From Limnothrix sp. BL-A-16 (lineage in GTDB: Bacteria; Cyanobacteriota; Cyanobacteriia; CACIAM-69d), in assembly GCA_041937175.2 (NCBI GenBank), contig CP166615.1, positions 1,312,001 through 1,376,000 of the forward strand: a stretch of DNA of 64,000 bases, in the 5' to 3' direction. Made by a program: the position numbers and the translations under genes. Position 1 is the first letter of the stretch, and each line of letters begins with the position of its first letter. The notes under the pieces were generated by a model. It was not told where the DNA came from. It ran no database searches and worked only from the letters and a program-made list of their open reading frames with translations. Below are positions 30,601-39,945 of this stretch, one piece after another.

Positions 30601-31267
30601 TGCGGCAACGATCTTCCCGCTCCTTCACCTCTTCCAGGGTTTGCTTGGTTTGGGTAATTTTGCGATCGAAGTTGGCCACCCCCGCCAGCTCATCAACAAT
30701 TTGCCGCCGCTCTCGGGGGTTCATGGAAATGATGCTGGTCACGTCCCCTTGCAACACCACGTTGTAGCCCTCGGGATAGATCCGCAGCTTTGAGAGGGAT
30801 TGGTGCAACTCGCTGAGGGTGCAGGGTTCGCCGCCAATGTAGTAGTTGGAGGTGTAGGTGCCCTGTTGGGTGACGCGCAGTTTGCGGGTGACAGTCCATT
30901 CACTGAGGGGCTGGCCGTCGGCATCGCGCAAACCGGGCAGGTCTTCGGCGGCTTCGGCGGAAACGGTGGCCAGCAGGGCGGCTTCTTCGCTCAGATCAAA
31001 GGTGACGGTAACGGCGGCTTCCACGGTCGATCGCTTGCCTTTGCCTTGACCTTTGCCCATTTGGCTTTGGTTCACCAAGTCGGGCAGGCGATCGGCCCGC
31101 ATTCCTTTGGAGGAGGAGAGGCCGAGGGCAAACAGCAGCGCATCCAAGATATTGGACTTACCGGAGCCGTTGGGGCCAGAAACCACGGTGAATCCGGGCA
31201 GCAAGGGAACTCGCGTCGTGCCGCCAAAGGATTTGAAGTTCGTGATTTCAACTTGCTTGATGTACAA
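27632..31267 (-). CDS. smc: Chromosome segregation protein SMC
   Basis: NFKSF, GPNGSGKSN, long coiled coils, hinge GRVTFLPL...GAMTGG, MSGGEK signature, FDEVD; TTG start. Confidence 0.98.
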   Translation of the reverse strand: MYIKQVEITNFKSFGGTTRVPLLPGFTVVSGPNGSGKSNILDALLFALGLSSSKGMRADRLPDLVNQSQMGKGQGKGKRSTVEAAVTVTFDLSEEAALLATVSAEAAEDLPGLRDADGQPLSEWTVTRKLRVTQQGTYTSNYYIGGEPCTLSELHQSLSKLRIYPEGYNVVLQGDVTSIISMNPRERRQIVDELAGVANFDRKITQTKQTLEEVKEREDRCRILEQELQIQCDRLAKDRTKALKYQQIRQEMQGQQGRLAVVDWLLEQSKVEQLRQSIAQREQDLAQLADRLVAERAAVETQAAELERLNQTVKSLGESEQIALQTELATHRAQRDQVQRQQTELTQQQQTHQKTIARLTAEVAEVDRTEAALAATGPELQERLEELQQAHDRAAANLNRARAEAAELAEASQAWVQQQTDLRHQLETIQESIDPQRTERATLQERLKQIETQLAEIATEWERAGDRLNEHDRDFQTVDRQTRSLEPQIQTAAEQLAAAEQELQLQQKTRSRLQDEQRQVQRQLDKLEAQTQAQREAQGTFGVQLLLQSDLPGICGLVANLGQVEPPYQVALEIAAGARLGHLVVEDDAVAAAAIEILKRERAGRVTFLPLNKIRGGGGGESAAMARGRATVAGWIDYAVNLVDFDDRYRNIFEYVFGGTVVFERLDQARSLLGRHRIVTLDGELLETSGAMTGGSLQKSRGSLRFGGGEQTEEAKAAAELRDRLRDIDRVLGRCDGAIAQAQVDSQRHTQTLNDLRQTRRDAQRQLEQLQAALTATTGQRDRLAQQRDRLTQELTTSRERLATLDRALPAAERQLANLRQAIAQLEDSPAHSQWSEAQTEIRDRESVLSQLADNLRSAQAQQADQTREADRLNQQRQQLAQQIAQAQDQITTATDRLQQLQAQQADLDRQIADLQTQIAALETTLGETKQARDRQETTLNRQRQALQTLEFQRDRLAETQQQQQAELQELENRAEGDRPDLPPDSEPLPSDPAELAAHREQLDQTIRMLQRRLESLEPVNMLALEEYDQVQGRLNQLSEKLATIEQERTELLLRVENFTTLRQQAFYEAFDAVDRNFQIIFAELSQGDGRLQLDDPESPLESGLNLVAHPKGKPVQRLASMSGGEKSLTALSFIFALQRYRPSPFYAFDEVDMFLDGSNVERLAKMVKQQAAEAQFIVVSLRRPTIEASDRVIGVTQARGAQTQVLGVVL

Positions 31268-31454
31268 CGGGCCGGCGACCGCTCACGGGGCGGGTTGCAA
31301 GGACGGGGCAGGCGGAAACAGCGTTCCACCGCGCTATCTTACCCAAAACTCTCGCGAAATGGCGATCGGCTGGCCATGCTGCCTCATGCCCCGTGCAGTC
31401 CAGTCTGCTATAACAATGGATTTTTGAAAGAATCTCTGAAGTTAAACCAAGATA

Positions 31455-32354
31455 ATGAAGAAACGCCGTCAACACTATGTATGGAGACATTACTTGGAAG
31501 CGTGGGCACTGAACGGAAAATTATGGTGTCATCATTTCGGCAAAAACGTGTTCTCAACAAGTACGCAAAACGTTGCCCATGAGAGAGACTTCTATCGCCT
31601 TCGCGAAATGTCTGAATTTGACCTTTCAGTAGTTAGAGAGCTGGTAATAAAGTCACTGACATTAGATCTACGTAAAATTGCTGAAGGGTGGATTTCCCAA
31701 TTTACTCAGTTATTTGAGATCAAGCGACAATTTCAAGACGCAGGATATGTGCATATCGAACTTGCCTTGGATGAATATATAAATAATTTAGAAGAGGATA
31801 TTTTGGCTGATCTTGAACAACGAGCAGTTCCGTTTCTTGAGCTGCTTCGCAGCGAGAACTCTATGTTGCTTTTTGACGCAGAAGAGTCCAGATTTCACAC
31901 TTGGTTTCTAGCTGCACAATACTTCCGTACACCAACTATGTTGGAGAAGATGACCAGTGCTCTCAGGACGATACCAGGCTTTAATGTTGATGCATCTTTT
32001 GGCTTGATTCGGACAATCTGTTCATACAATGTTGGTCATGCACTTTGGCTCAGACGGAACAATCTTCATGTGACCTTTCTCCGTGCCAGTTCTAGCCCCC
32101 TCATCACTGGAGATCAACCCATGGTGAATATGAAAGCGATTAACCTAGAACCAGGATTGCTCCCACAGGAGCTTGAACTCTACTATCCAGTATCCCCAAA
32201 TTTGGGAGTTTTATTTGACTTTGGCGCTCCTTCTCGTTCTGTCACTGTGAAGCTTCTAACTACAGAGGAAGTACGCGTCTATAATCGGATGATTATCCAA
32301 AAATCGACACGGCAAATCTACGGCATCGACCGCGCTTCCATCGAAGATATCTAA
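31455..32354 (+). CDS. DUF4238-like protein, apparently horizontally acquired
   Basis: N-terminal RQHYVWRHYLEAW, QYFRT, LITGDQP and YYPVSP motifs; visibly AT-richer than its neighbours, with no HIP1. Confidence 0.75.
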   Translation: MKKRRQHYVWRHYLEAWALNGKLWCHHFGKNVFSTSTQNVAHERDFYRLREMSEFDLSVVRELVIKSLTLDLRKIAEGWISQFTQLFEIKRQFQDAGYVHIELALDEYINNLEEDILADLEQRAVPFLELLRSENSMLLFDAEESRFHTWFLAAQYFRTPTMLEKMTSALRTIPGFNVDASFGLIRTICSYNVGHALWLRRNNLHVTFLRASSSPLITGDQPMVNMKAINLEPGLLPQELELYYPVSPNLGVLFDFGAPSRSVTVKLLTTEEVRVYNRMIIQKSTRQIYGIDRASIEDI

Positions 32355-32473
32355 TGTCAGAGCTGTAAGCTAATTTGAGCTTCTCAGAACTAAATTCGAT
32401 TATTACAAAGCTTGCTACAGCCTTTACCTCAAACGATTGGTACGTCAGATCGCAGATGATTACGAAGCTGTTA

Positions 32474-32497
32474 GTCGGTGGGCATTGCTTACCCTAC
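32474..32497. repeat. Degenerate GTAG-type REP-like palindrome
   Basis: GTCGGTGGGCATTGCTTACCCTAC, similar to GTAGGGTGGGCATTGCCCACCCTAC. Confidence 0.5.
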
Positions 32498-32567
32498 AGT
32501 CCGCTGTACTTATTAAGCGAGGTAAGGGCTGTAGTGTCGATTGGATAACTCAACTTAGCCTAAGCAA

Positions 32568-32978
32568 TTAAGGCGAAATGACTGGTATTTCTAGTCGGTT
32601 AAAACGTCGATAGATTTGAAAATCACTATCCAGGGTCATAACTGTACTGTTCGGGCGTTGCTCTGATAAACAAACTAAGCAAGCATCCGCTAAAGACATA
32701 GGCACAGATTGGTATTGACGCATCAGTTCGATGACCCTAGCCTGACTGTTCTGAAGCGAGAAATCAACCCTTAGCAATCCCCGCTCAATCCACTGAAGCA
32801 TCATCTCTCGACCACAATTGGTACGCCCGAGCAGAAACCAAGATTCCGTAAGAACGGGTTCACAGGTAATCAGGGGAGATGGCAGTTGCCTAAGCTGTTC
32901 TGTCGCCCAGTCATGGTAATGGTCACGCCGGTTAATGACGGCAACCAAGGGGCCGGTATCGATTAAAACCTCTTTCAC
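32568..32978 (-). CDS. PIN-domain (VapC-like) toxin
   Basis: LIDTGPLVA, EPVLTE, MSLADACLV, TLDSDF; the GTG start overlaps the upstream stop (GTGA). Confidence 0.9.
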   Translation of the reverse strand: MKEVLIDTGPLVAVINRRDHYHDWATEQLRQLPSPLITCEPVLTESWFLLGRTNCGREMMLQWIERGLLRVDFSLQNSQARVIELMRQYQSVPMSLADACLVCLSEQRPNSTVMTLDSDFQIYRRFNRLEIPVISP

Positions 32979-33223
32979 TCGCGCCCCATACCTTCTAGAT
33001 AGTTGGGATTTGTCGAGAGATCACTTGGCCCTTCAGCGCTGCCAATTAAAGAACCAGCGAGGTCAAATACTGAAGTAGAAGGCTCCGGACGACTGAGGAA
33101 CGGAGTAACTTGCGATCGCTCGGCCAATAGCAAGTTGATGAATTGAATCACCAGTTGTTGGAGTGCCTGGGGAAGCTGGCGAAACTGGTTTAGGAGGGTT
33201 TGCTCGATCGGGCTGGGAGTCAT
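32975..33223 (-). CDS. Putative antitoxin (DUF2281-like N-terminus)
   Basis: 82 aa, translationally coupled to the PIN gene; C-terminal GP.DLSTNP.YLEG.G motif seen in VapB-like partners. Confidence 0.75.
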   Translation of the reverse strand: MTPSPIEQTLLNQFRQLPQALQQLVIQFINLLLAERSQVTPFLSRPEPSTSVFDLAGSLIGSAEGPSDLSTNPNYLEGMGRE

Positions 33224-33461
33224 GGGGCGATTACTGGTGAGACTGTGACCATTTTATGAGAATGAATCAATTTGTTTTTCAAGGCCCGATCGCCCCGTTG
33301 GATCAAAACTCTGATTGCGAACGCTCAGACAAGTTGAGCGCCCAATCAAAAAATAGTGGACGGAGCGATCGCTTTCTGTTCCTCCACATGGGTTGGCGCT
33401 GAGGAAGTGGCGCAAGATATCTTGCAGGCATCCTCTTCCAAGTCAAGCTTTGATCGTTGCC

Positions 33462-33857
33462 ATGATGGATATCATGCCTGGAGAATTTGAAGCCCTCTCC
33501 CTCGTGGCCCTGGCGATCGCAGGGCTAGCGATTGGCGAAGTCCTCGCATTCAGCTTTTTGATGGTCTCGATCTTTGTGCGCCGAGACAAATCTCCAGGCA
33601 TCTTAAAAGGCTGGGCGATCGCCGCCGCCATCATCTTTGTCATCAACGTTTTCGCCTTTGGCTGGTTGAGCGAAATCGGTCGCCAAAATGTTGCCCGCGA
33701 TGGACAACAACAACCCCTAATCCAGCCACCCCAGCTCCTCGTGAGTAGTCTGAGCTTGATGAATGTCTTGGCCCCCACCGTGGGTGTCATGAGTCCGATC
33801 GTGCTGTTTTGGGTGAAGCACTCTCCCCGCTCTCGACATTCGCCTAGGCAAGATTAA
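33462..33857 (+). CDS. Small membrane protein, about three TM helices
   Basis: Three hydrophobic segments; start uncertain. Confidence 0.55.
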   Translation: MMDIMPGEFEALSLVALAIAGLAIGEVLAFSFLMVSIFVRRDKSPGILKGWAIAAAIIFVINVFAFGWLSEIGRQNVARDGQQQPLIQPPQLLVSSLSLMNVLAPTVGVMSPIVLFWVKHSPRSRHSPRQD

Positions 33858-33866
33858 ATGATCATC

Positions 33867-33889
33867 AAAAAACCGGGGTTATCCCCCGG
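33867..33889 (-). terminator. Probable terminator of sbtAB
   Basis: CCGGGG-TTATC-CCCCGG with an A6 run on the left. Confidence 0.7.
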
Positions 33890-33942
33890 CTCTCGTGATC
33901 AAAGTTGTGTTTCAAAACTTGTTGTGTTTCAAAACTGACGAA

Positions 33943-34293
<351 letters not shown>

Positions 34294-34358
34294 CTACTAA
34301 TCTAACGAGTCTGTCGGGCCATGAGAGAGCACCGACAGACCTCACCTGCTCAGGGCGA

Positions 34359-35429
34359 TTAACCCCCGAGTGCTTGAGCCAGCCCGATAAAAAATGGAAT
34401 GCACAGACCGATCGCGATCGGCGTACCAACGGCCGTGGAAGCACCAATGTAGGCGGAAGGGTTCGCCGATGGGATCCCGGCGCGCAAGGTGGGCGGGCCC
34501 GAAATGTCTGAGCTAGAGGATGCAATGACCGCCAGAACGACCACACCACCCAGACTGAAGTTCATCGTGTAGTGAGCAATCATGCCCAGGCCGAAGGCAA
34601 TCAGCCCATGGAGAAAGGGGGCCACCACACTGTAAACAACGTACCACTGAGCCACTTTGCGCAGTTCGCCAATCCGCGACCAAGCTTCCATCCCCATCAC
34701 CAGCATCAGGATTGAAAGCAAGCCCCGGAAAGCCGGATCGTAGAAGCCTTTATAAACGCTTTCCGGCCGGGTGAGGATCCCCAAGGCCAAACCGAGCAAC
34801 ATGGCAGACAAAGCCGGCCCTTGCAGGCTTTCTTCAATAATCGGCCAGATTTTGACCTTAGTCTGACCCTGCTGCTGATCGCGATATTCCTGACGGGTGC
34901 TGGGCTGCTCCTGGGAATCCGCAGCGGCGGCTTTGTTGCGTTTTTTCTGGTTGAGATAGATGTTCGCTACAACAATTGCCGTGACCAGCGCCGGAATATC
35001 CATAAAGGGATAGAGTGCGCCCGCCCATGCTTCATACCCAATCTTTTGTTCTTCGAGCAGGGTCAGGGCTGCCGCCATGGTGGAACCACTGACCGCCCCA
35101 AACAAGCCACCCGTTGCGATCGCATCAACGGTCTTGACCTTCGGTAGTTTGGCCAAGGTATAGCGGGCGATGAAGACAACTAGAATCCCTACGGTTGCTG
35201 CAAATATTACCGGTAAAACCATCTCGGTCAGGTTGGAATTCCGGATTGCAATTCCACCGGTTAGACCGATTTTGGTGAGCAACATGAAGACGATGATTGT
35301 ACAAATCGATTCTGGAATCACCAATTGGCTACCCAGAGCAGCAATCACCATCCCCCCAATCAAAAAACCCAATGTTGGAGATTGCAACTGGGCAATGAAG
35401 TCTTTTACGAAAAGGGACAAGAAATCCAC
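34359..35429 (-). CDS. sbtA: Na+-dependent bicarbonate transporter SbtA
   Basis: [52 protein letters not shown] start with GGAGG SD. Confidence 0.97.
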   Translation of the reverse strand: MDFLSLFVKDFIAQLQSPTLGFLIGGMVIAALGSQLVIPESICTIIVFMLLTKIGLTGGIAIRNSNLTEMVLPVIFAATVGILVVFIARYTLAKLPKVKTVDAIATGGLFGAVSGSTMAAALTLLEEQKIGYEAWAGALYPFMDIPALVTAIVVANIYLNQKKRNKAAAADSQEQPSTRQEYRDQQQGQTKVKIWPIIEESLQGPALSAMLLGLALGILTRPESVYKGFYDPAFRGLLSILMLVMGMEAWSRIGELRKVAQWYVVYSVVAPFLHGLIAFGLGMIAHYTMNFSLGGVVVLAVIASSSSDISGPPTLRAGIPSANPSAYIGASTAVGTPIAIGLCIPFFIGLAQALGG

Positions 35430-35572
35430 AAATACCTCCTAGTCCACTACATGAACTTTGAAAGTGTTAAAGAAAGTCAGAGGGAGGCGCTTCATTCCCA
35501 TAGCACAGGTTTTGCTCAAAAAACCTGTATCTAGGGTGTTGAGAAGGGGCCGATCTCCAGGCAGGTCTTGAA

Positions 35573-35620
35573 ATAGTTGTGCTGAACTAATTTCTATAGA
35601 CTCGTTCATCAGTTTTCTAT
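35573..35620. promoter_or_regulatory. Candidate NdhR/CcmR (LysR-type) operator region of sbtA
   Basis: Cluster of ATAG/CTAT half-sites and TGAAC-N16-GTTCA around CTATAG in the AT-rich spacer; no perfect ATAG-N8-CTAT. Confidence 0.4.
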
Positions 35621-36212
35621 AAAGGTGTACGTGGTGTAAATCCTTATTGGCGCTGGATTATCTTGAAAAACTGATTACGGGGTAAATCAGAACAAATATC
35701 GTGATGCTTGACTTTTAATGGCTTTGAATAATGGATGATTGGGACAATTAGAACAGCTAATTGTTGGATCAATCAAGGCAAATATATTTTTCGTTAGCTC
35801 GGGATGCATCAGGTAATTTTTTGTCTCATTTGGACTGAAGGTTCTTGACTTTGATGCCGGATTTTGCTGAACCGGCTAGTGTCAGGCGCTGACTTTCCGC
35901 CTACGGAGGGCGCAACTGTGGCTTTGGGGCTGATTGGGGGCAATGCCTCACGGGTGTGGTTCCCCGGAATTCATGCTAGGACTGAGGGGGTATGATTTTG
36001 GGGCAATGGCTGCCCGGTGTTTCCCGGAACGGCCGCGGCGGTTGAGGAGTATGTCAAAATGCTCTCTGGATTGCCGCAACCCGTTTTGAGCCGTATTTTG
36101 CAAGCCGGTTGATGGTTGGTTGCCCGCCATTGATCAGGCCCCTAGGGGAGGTGTGATGCATCCTGTTTCGATCGCGATCGCACCCTATTGCCCCTGATGC
36201 ACCCCACTTGCT

Positions 36213-37133
36213 ATGAACAAACTCATCGTTGACCTCGAAGGCCTTCGCGAACAGTTGAAAAGCGCTCGCCGTCCCCCCAAACCCAAGATGCTCGTCGTCG
36301 ATGACGAGCCGGATAATCTCGATTTGCTTTATCGCACCTTCCGCCGAGATTTCAACGTGCTCAAGGCCGAAAGCGGGGCCCGAGCCTTGGAACTGTTGGC
36401 CGAGGAAGGGGAAGTGGCTGTCATCATTTCCGATCAACGGATGCCGGAGATGAAGGGAACGGAGTTTTTGAGTAAAACCGTGCCCCAGTTTCCAGACACC
36501 GTGCGGATTATTTTGACGGGCTTCACGGATGTGGAAGATCTGGTGGAAGCGATTAACTCAGGGCAGGTGTATAAGTACATCACCAAGCCTTGGGATCCTG
36601 ATGAGTTGAAAACCGTGGTGCAACGGGCAGCCGATAGTTACGATTCTTTGAAGAATCGTTCGATCGAGCTGGAACGGGCCCAGGCACAGATGCAACTGTT
36701 GGCGGCAATTTTGGCCGCGGCCGACAGCGGCACGTTTGAGGTTTGTGCGGAGCGGCTGGCGGCGGCGTTTGTGGAACGGTTCGAGGCCGATGGCTGCACC
36801 ATTCAACTCGTGCAAGCAGGGCAACTGGGCAACCACAGCGGCCAAGCGGGAGCCGTTTCCCTGGCGGGTGATCCACTCAGCCAACAGGCGATCGCCGAGA
36901 AAAAGCTGCAAGTCTGTTTGAATGCGGCGGCGAATGCGGATTTGGCCGGAACGGCATTCTATCAAGAGGGCGGGGTGGCAACCCATGTGGTGATTCCAGC
37001 CATCTATCGCGATGCAGTTGGGGCTTTGGTGTCGTTGCAGTTTGCCAATCCCATCACCCTGGAAGAAAGCGAAGCAACCCAAATGTATTTGGCGGTGCAA
37101 CAGGCGGCCTTTGTGTTGACCACGCTGCCCTAG
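36213..37133 (+). CDS. Response regulator (receiver + GAF-like domain)
   Basis: VVDDEPDN, ISDQRMP, ILTGF, YITKPW; C-terminal GAF-like region. Confidence 0.88.
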   Translation: MNKLIVDLEGLREQLKSARRPPKPKMLVVDDEPDNLDLLYRTFRRDFNVLKAESGARALELLAEEGEVAVIISDQRMPEMKGTEFLSKTVPQFPDTVRIILTGFTDVEDLVEAINSGQVYKYITKPWDPDELKTVVQRAADSYDSLKNRSIELERAQAQMQLLAAILAAADSGTFEVCAERLAAAFVERFEADGCTIQLVQAGQLGNHSGQAGAVSLAGDPLSQQAIAEKKLQVCLNAAANADLAGTAFYQEGGVATHVVIPAIYRDAVGALVSLQFANPITLEESEATQMYLAVQQAAFVLTTLP

Positions 37134-37435
37134 GTTGAGCTGCGAATTTTTTGGGGGGATAGATTTTTGGTGAGTTGATCCCTTTTGGGGTGATTGTTAA
37201 CGAACATGTCGATCGCTCGATCGCGATCGCGCCCGAACGGTACGCTAGACCGCGCCTGATCCCACCGGATGCTCGGGTTTGCTTCTCCCAGTTAGCGAGC
37301 AAAGTCCCACAAAAATTCCAACCGGATGCGCACACTGGCGCTGAGGGGTGGCCAGATTGGCTCGATCGTCCGCCAACTGCCGATCTAGACAATCTGAGGA
37401 TTGCAACTAACGTTCGTTAACCGACCTCCAACCGT

Positions 37436-38398
37436 ATGTCCGTCGCTAGTCCCACCCGTACCATCCGCATCGGCTCTCGTAAAAGCCAATTGGCTCTTGT
37501 GCAAACGCACTGGGTACAAGGGGAATTGCAGCGGCATTTTCCAGACATTACGTTTGAGGTCTGCGCGATCGAAACCCAAGGGGACAAGGTGCTGGATGTG
37601 GCCCTGTCCAAAATTGGGGATAAGGGGTTGTTTACTCGCGAGTTGGAAGATGGAATGCGCGATGGGATCTATGATCTGGCGGTGCATTCCCTGAAAGATT
37701 TGCCAACCCGCTTGCCGGAAGGGTTGACCTTGGGTTGCGTGACAGAACGGGTGAACCCGGCTGATGCGGTGGTGCTCCATGCTCAACACAAGGGCAAAAC
37801 GATCGACCAATTGCCCGCAGGCGCTGTGATTGGTACATCGTCCCTGCGGCGGCTGGCTCAGTTGCGCTATCACTACCCCCATCTGAGCTTCAAGGACATT
37901 CGTGGCAATGTGAATACTCGGCTGAAGAAGCTCGACAGCGGCGAGTATGATGCGACGATTTTGGCGGCGGCCGGTTTGCAGCGGATGGATTTAGCCGATC
38001 GCATTGATCAATTGTTGCCGTCGGATGTGTCGCTTCATGCGGTGGGCCAAGGGGCCTTGGGCATTGAGTGCCGCGAGGGCGATGAGGACATTTTGCGCGT
38101 GCTGAAGGTGCTGGAACATGAACCCAGCAAGTGGCGCTGCTTGGCGGAACGGGCCTTCCTGCGCGATTTGGAAGGGGGCTGCCAAGTCCCGATCGGGGTG
38201 AACACCAGCTTGGAGGGTGACACCTTGACCCTGGCGGGCCTGGTGGCCAGTGTGGACGGTAAGCAACTGATCAAAGACACCGTGAGCGGCCCTCACACCA
38301 GCGCCGAAGATCTGGGCACGGAGTTGGCCCAAAAGCTGCGCGCCCAAGGGGCCCAGGAAATTTTGAATGAGATCCTGGCTCAGGTTAATCGAGGCTAG
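37436..38398 (+). CDS. hemC: Hydroxymethylbilane synthase
   Basis: [55 protein letters not shown]. Confidence 0.98.
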   Translation: MSVASPTRTIRIGSRKSQLALVQTHWVQGELQRHFPDITFEVCAIETQGDKVLDVALSKIGDKGLFTRELEDGMRDGIYDLAVHSLKDLPTRLPEGLTLGCVTERVNPADAVVLHAQHKGKTIDQLPAGAVIGTSSLRRLAQLRYHYPHLSFKDIRGNVNTRLKKLDSGEYDATILAAAGLQRMDLADRIDQLLPSDVSLHAVGQGALGIECREGDEDILRVLKVLEHEPSKWRCLAERAFLRDLEGGCQVPIGVNTSLEGDTLTLAGLVASVDGKQLIKDTVSGPHTSAEDLGTELAQKLRAQGAQEILNEILAQVNRG

Positions 38399-38560
38399 GA
38401 GGCTACCTGCGGGTAATTCCGACCCTGATGAGGCAATCCAGGCCGATTGGTTGTGAATGTTGGTTAACCCGGATCGTCCGGTTCATGCTGAATTTCGCTT
38501 GAGGATCCTGGGGGCGATCGGGCAAGATGGAACTGTCTTGCTCGATCGCCCCTTTGGCTC

Positions 38561-38869
38561 ATGGATATTGCCAGTCTTCTGTTGCGTGCGGCCGTTGCTC
38601 ACATTCCCCAAACGGTGATGATTCCCCTCTGCTTTGGGTTGGCTTGGTATTTGGTGGCCGTTCTGGTGCGATCGATCGCCAGCTTCACCCAAGAGGGCGT
38701 TTCGCGGGTGCGCACTTTGCACCAAATTCCCTGCGCGGACTGTGCCTTTTTCACGGGCGATTACCACCTCAAATGTCCCGTCCGTCCCAGCGAGGCCCTG
38801 TCAGAAGCGGCGATCAATTGTCCAGATTTCCAACCCAAAACCACCCCCCCTGGCTTAGGGGAGGTCTGA
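38561..38869 (+). CDS. Small conserved cyanobacterial membrane protein with a four-Cys motif
   Basis: TM helix then LHQIPCADCAFFTG.YHLKCPV.P..ALSE.AI.CPDF. The last codons and stop lie inside a MITE end. Confidence 0.7.
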   Translation: MDIASLLLRAAVAHIPQTVMIPLCFGLAWYLVAVLVRSIASFTQEGVSRVRTLHQIPCADCAFFTGDYHLKCPVRPSEALSEAAINCPDFQPKTTPPGLGEV

Positions 38870-39143
38870 GAAGTATTTTTTGGCATAGGTCAATCCATAA
38901 CCGTCGTCAGGGCAAGGGACTTAGGGCCGGTCGTCATTTCCATCGCCGTAGGGGTTGGGTCTCCCAACCCTAACCCGGGCGATCGCTACAACCCTGTCCA
39001 CCCCTGGGAACACCCAAGGATCACGGAAATGGGCGAGGAGACCTCGCCCCGACGACTGATCGGTTGGGAGAACGAGATTATTAGGGTTTCACGACACGTC
39101 CTAAACCCCTTATCTTTGTTGATTGATAAGACCCGCAAGGTAG
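38858..39143. mobile_element. Decayed three-level composite: outer MITE left arm, REP halves, inner MITE
   Basis: TTA + GGGGAGGTCTGAGAAGTATTTTTTGGCA matches the outer left end. Then CAAGGGACTTA[inner]TAAACCCCTTA. The right arm resembles the 9490 copy (gataagacccgcaag vs gataagtccggcaag), but the right TIR is lost, so that boundary is approximate. Confidence 0.7.
38924..39101. mobile_element. 178-bp inner MITE (IS427-like ends) carrying a GTAG-REP doublet
   Basis: Ends GGGCCGGTCGTCA / TCACGACACGTCC with TA on both sides; inverted REPs at 38948-38972 and 39031-39053. Confidence 0.75.
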
Positions 39144-39175
39144 GCAGTCTCAGCGGGGTGAGCTTGACGGCTCGG

Positions 39176-39934
39176 TTATAACCAGCCTTCCTGCTCCAGT
39201 TCCGCAATGATTTGCAGGGCGCGGGAATCTCCCAGCTTCAAGAGGGCCGATCGCGCGTCTTCCTTAATGCCGAGTTCGCGATCTTCCACCAGGGCTTCGA
39301 TCAACCCATCCACAGCTCCCGCATAGATTGCATTGGAGGGCAAGTCGCGGCACAGTTGCCCCAGGGCCCAAGCACAGTTACTGCGCACGGCCGGAACAGG
39401 ATCTTGGCGCAGGGCCACAATCAGCGGCGGCACGGCCCCCACGATCGCCTCATAACCCACAGCTCCCATTTGCCCCAGGGAACTGGCCGCCCACAGGCGC
39501 ACGGCCGCAATGTCCCGCTGCAAGGTTTGCACCAACGGAGCCAAGGCCCGGCGATCGCGCCCATTGCCCAGGGCCCAGACAATGCCTTTGCGCACGTAGC
39601 CATTCCAATCCCGTTGGAGTTGGCCAATCAAGGGGTCGATCGCCCCTGGATCTGGGTTGCGGCCCAAGGCATAGGCGGCGCTCATCCGCACCAACGGACA
39701 AACATCGTTAATGAGTAAAATCAGCCGTTCGCTGGCTCTGGGGTCTTGCAGCTCACAAAACGCCCTGGCTCCCACCGCCCGCTGGGCCGGATCCGGATCT
39801 TGCAACAGTTGCAACATCACATCTGGATCGGGGAGCGGCGCGGCTTCGCTCGGGGGTGGGGTTTCGAGAATATTCAGATGATCTGACTCTGCTGAATCTA
39901 AGTCGAGTAACCCGAGGTCATCATTCACCGGCAT
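39176..39934 (-). CDS. HEAT repeat (PBS lyase-like) protein
   Basis: Repeats VRMSAAYALG, VRKGIVWALG, VRLWAASSLG, VRSNCAWALG. Confidence 0.9.
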   Translation of the reverse strand: MPVNDDLGLLDLDSAESDHLNILETPPPSEAAPLPDPDVMLQLLQDPDPAQRAVGARAFCELQDPRASERLILLINDVCPLVRMSAAYALGRNPDPGAIDPLIGQLQRDWNGYVRKGIVWALGNGRDRRALAPLVQTLQRDIAAVRLWAASSLGQMGAVGYEAIVGAVPPLIVALRQDPVPAVRSNCAWALGQLCRDLPSNAIYAGAVDGLIEALVEDRELGIKEDARSALLKLGDSRALQIIAELEQEGWL

Positions 39935-39945
39935 AGCAGTCCTCC

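Noticed and set aside
31441..32476. Integron-like cassette around the DUF4238 gene (GTTAAAC just before the ATG)
   Set aside because: The downstream ATCTAAT and GTTAGTC both miss the RYYYAAC and GTTRRRY consensus, no convincing attC fold is visible, and there is no integrase.
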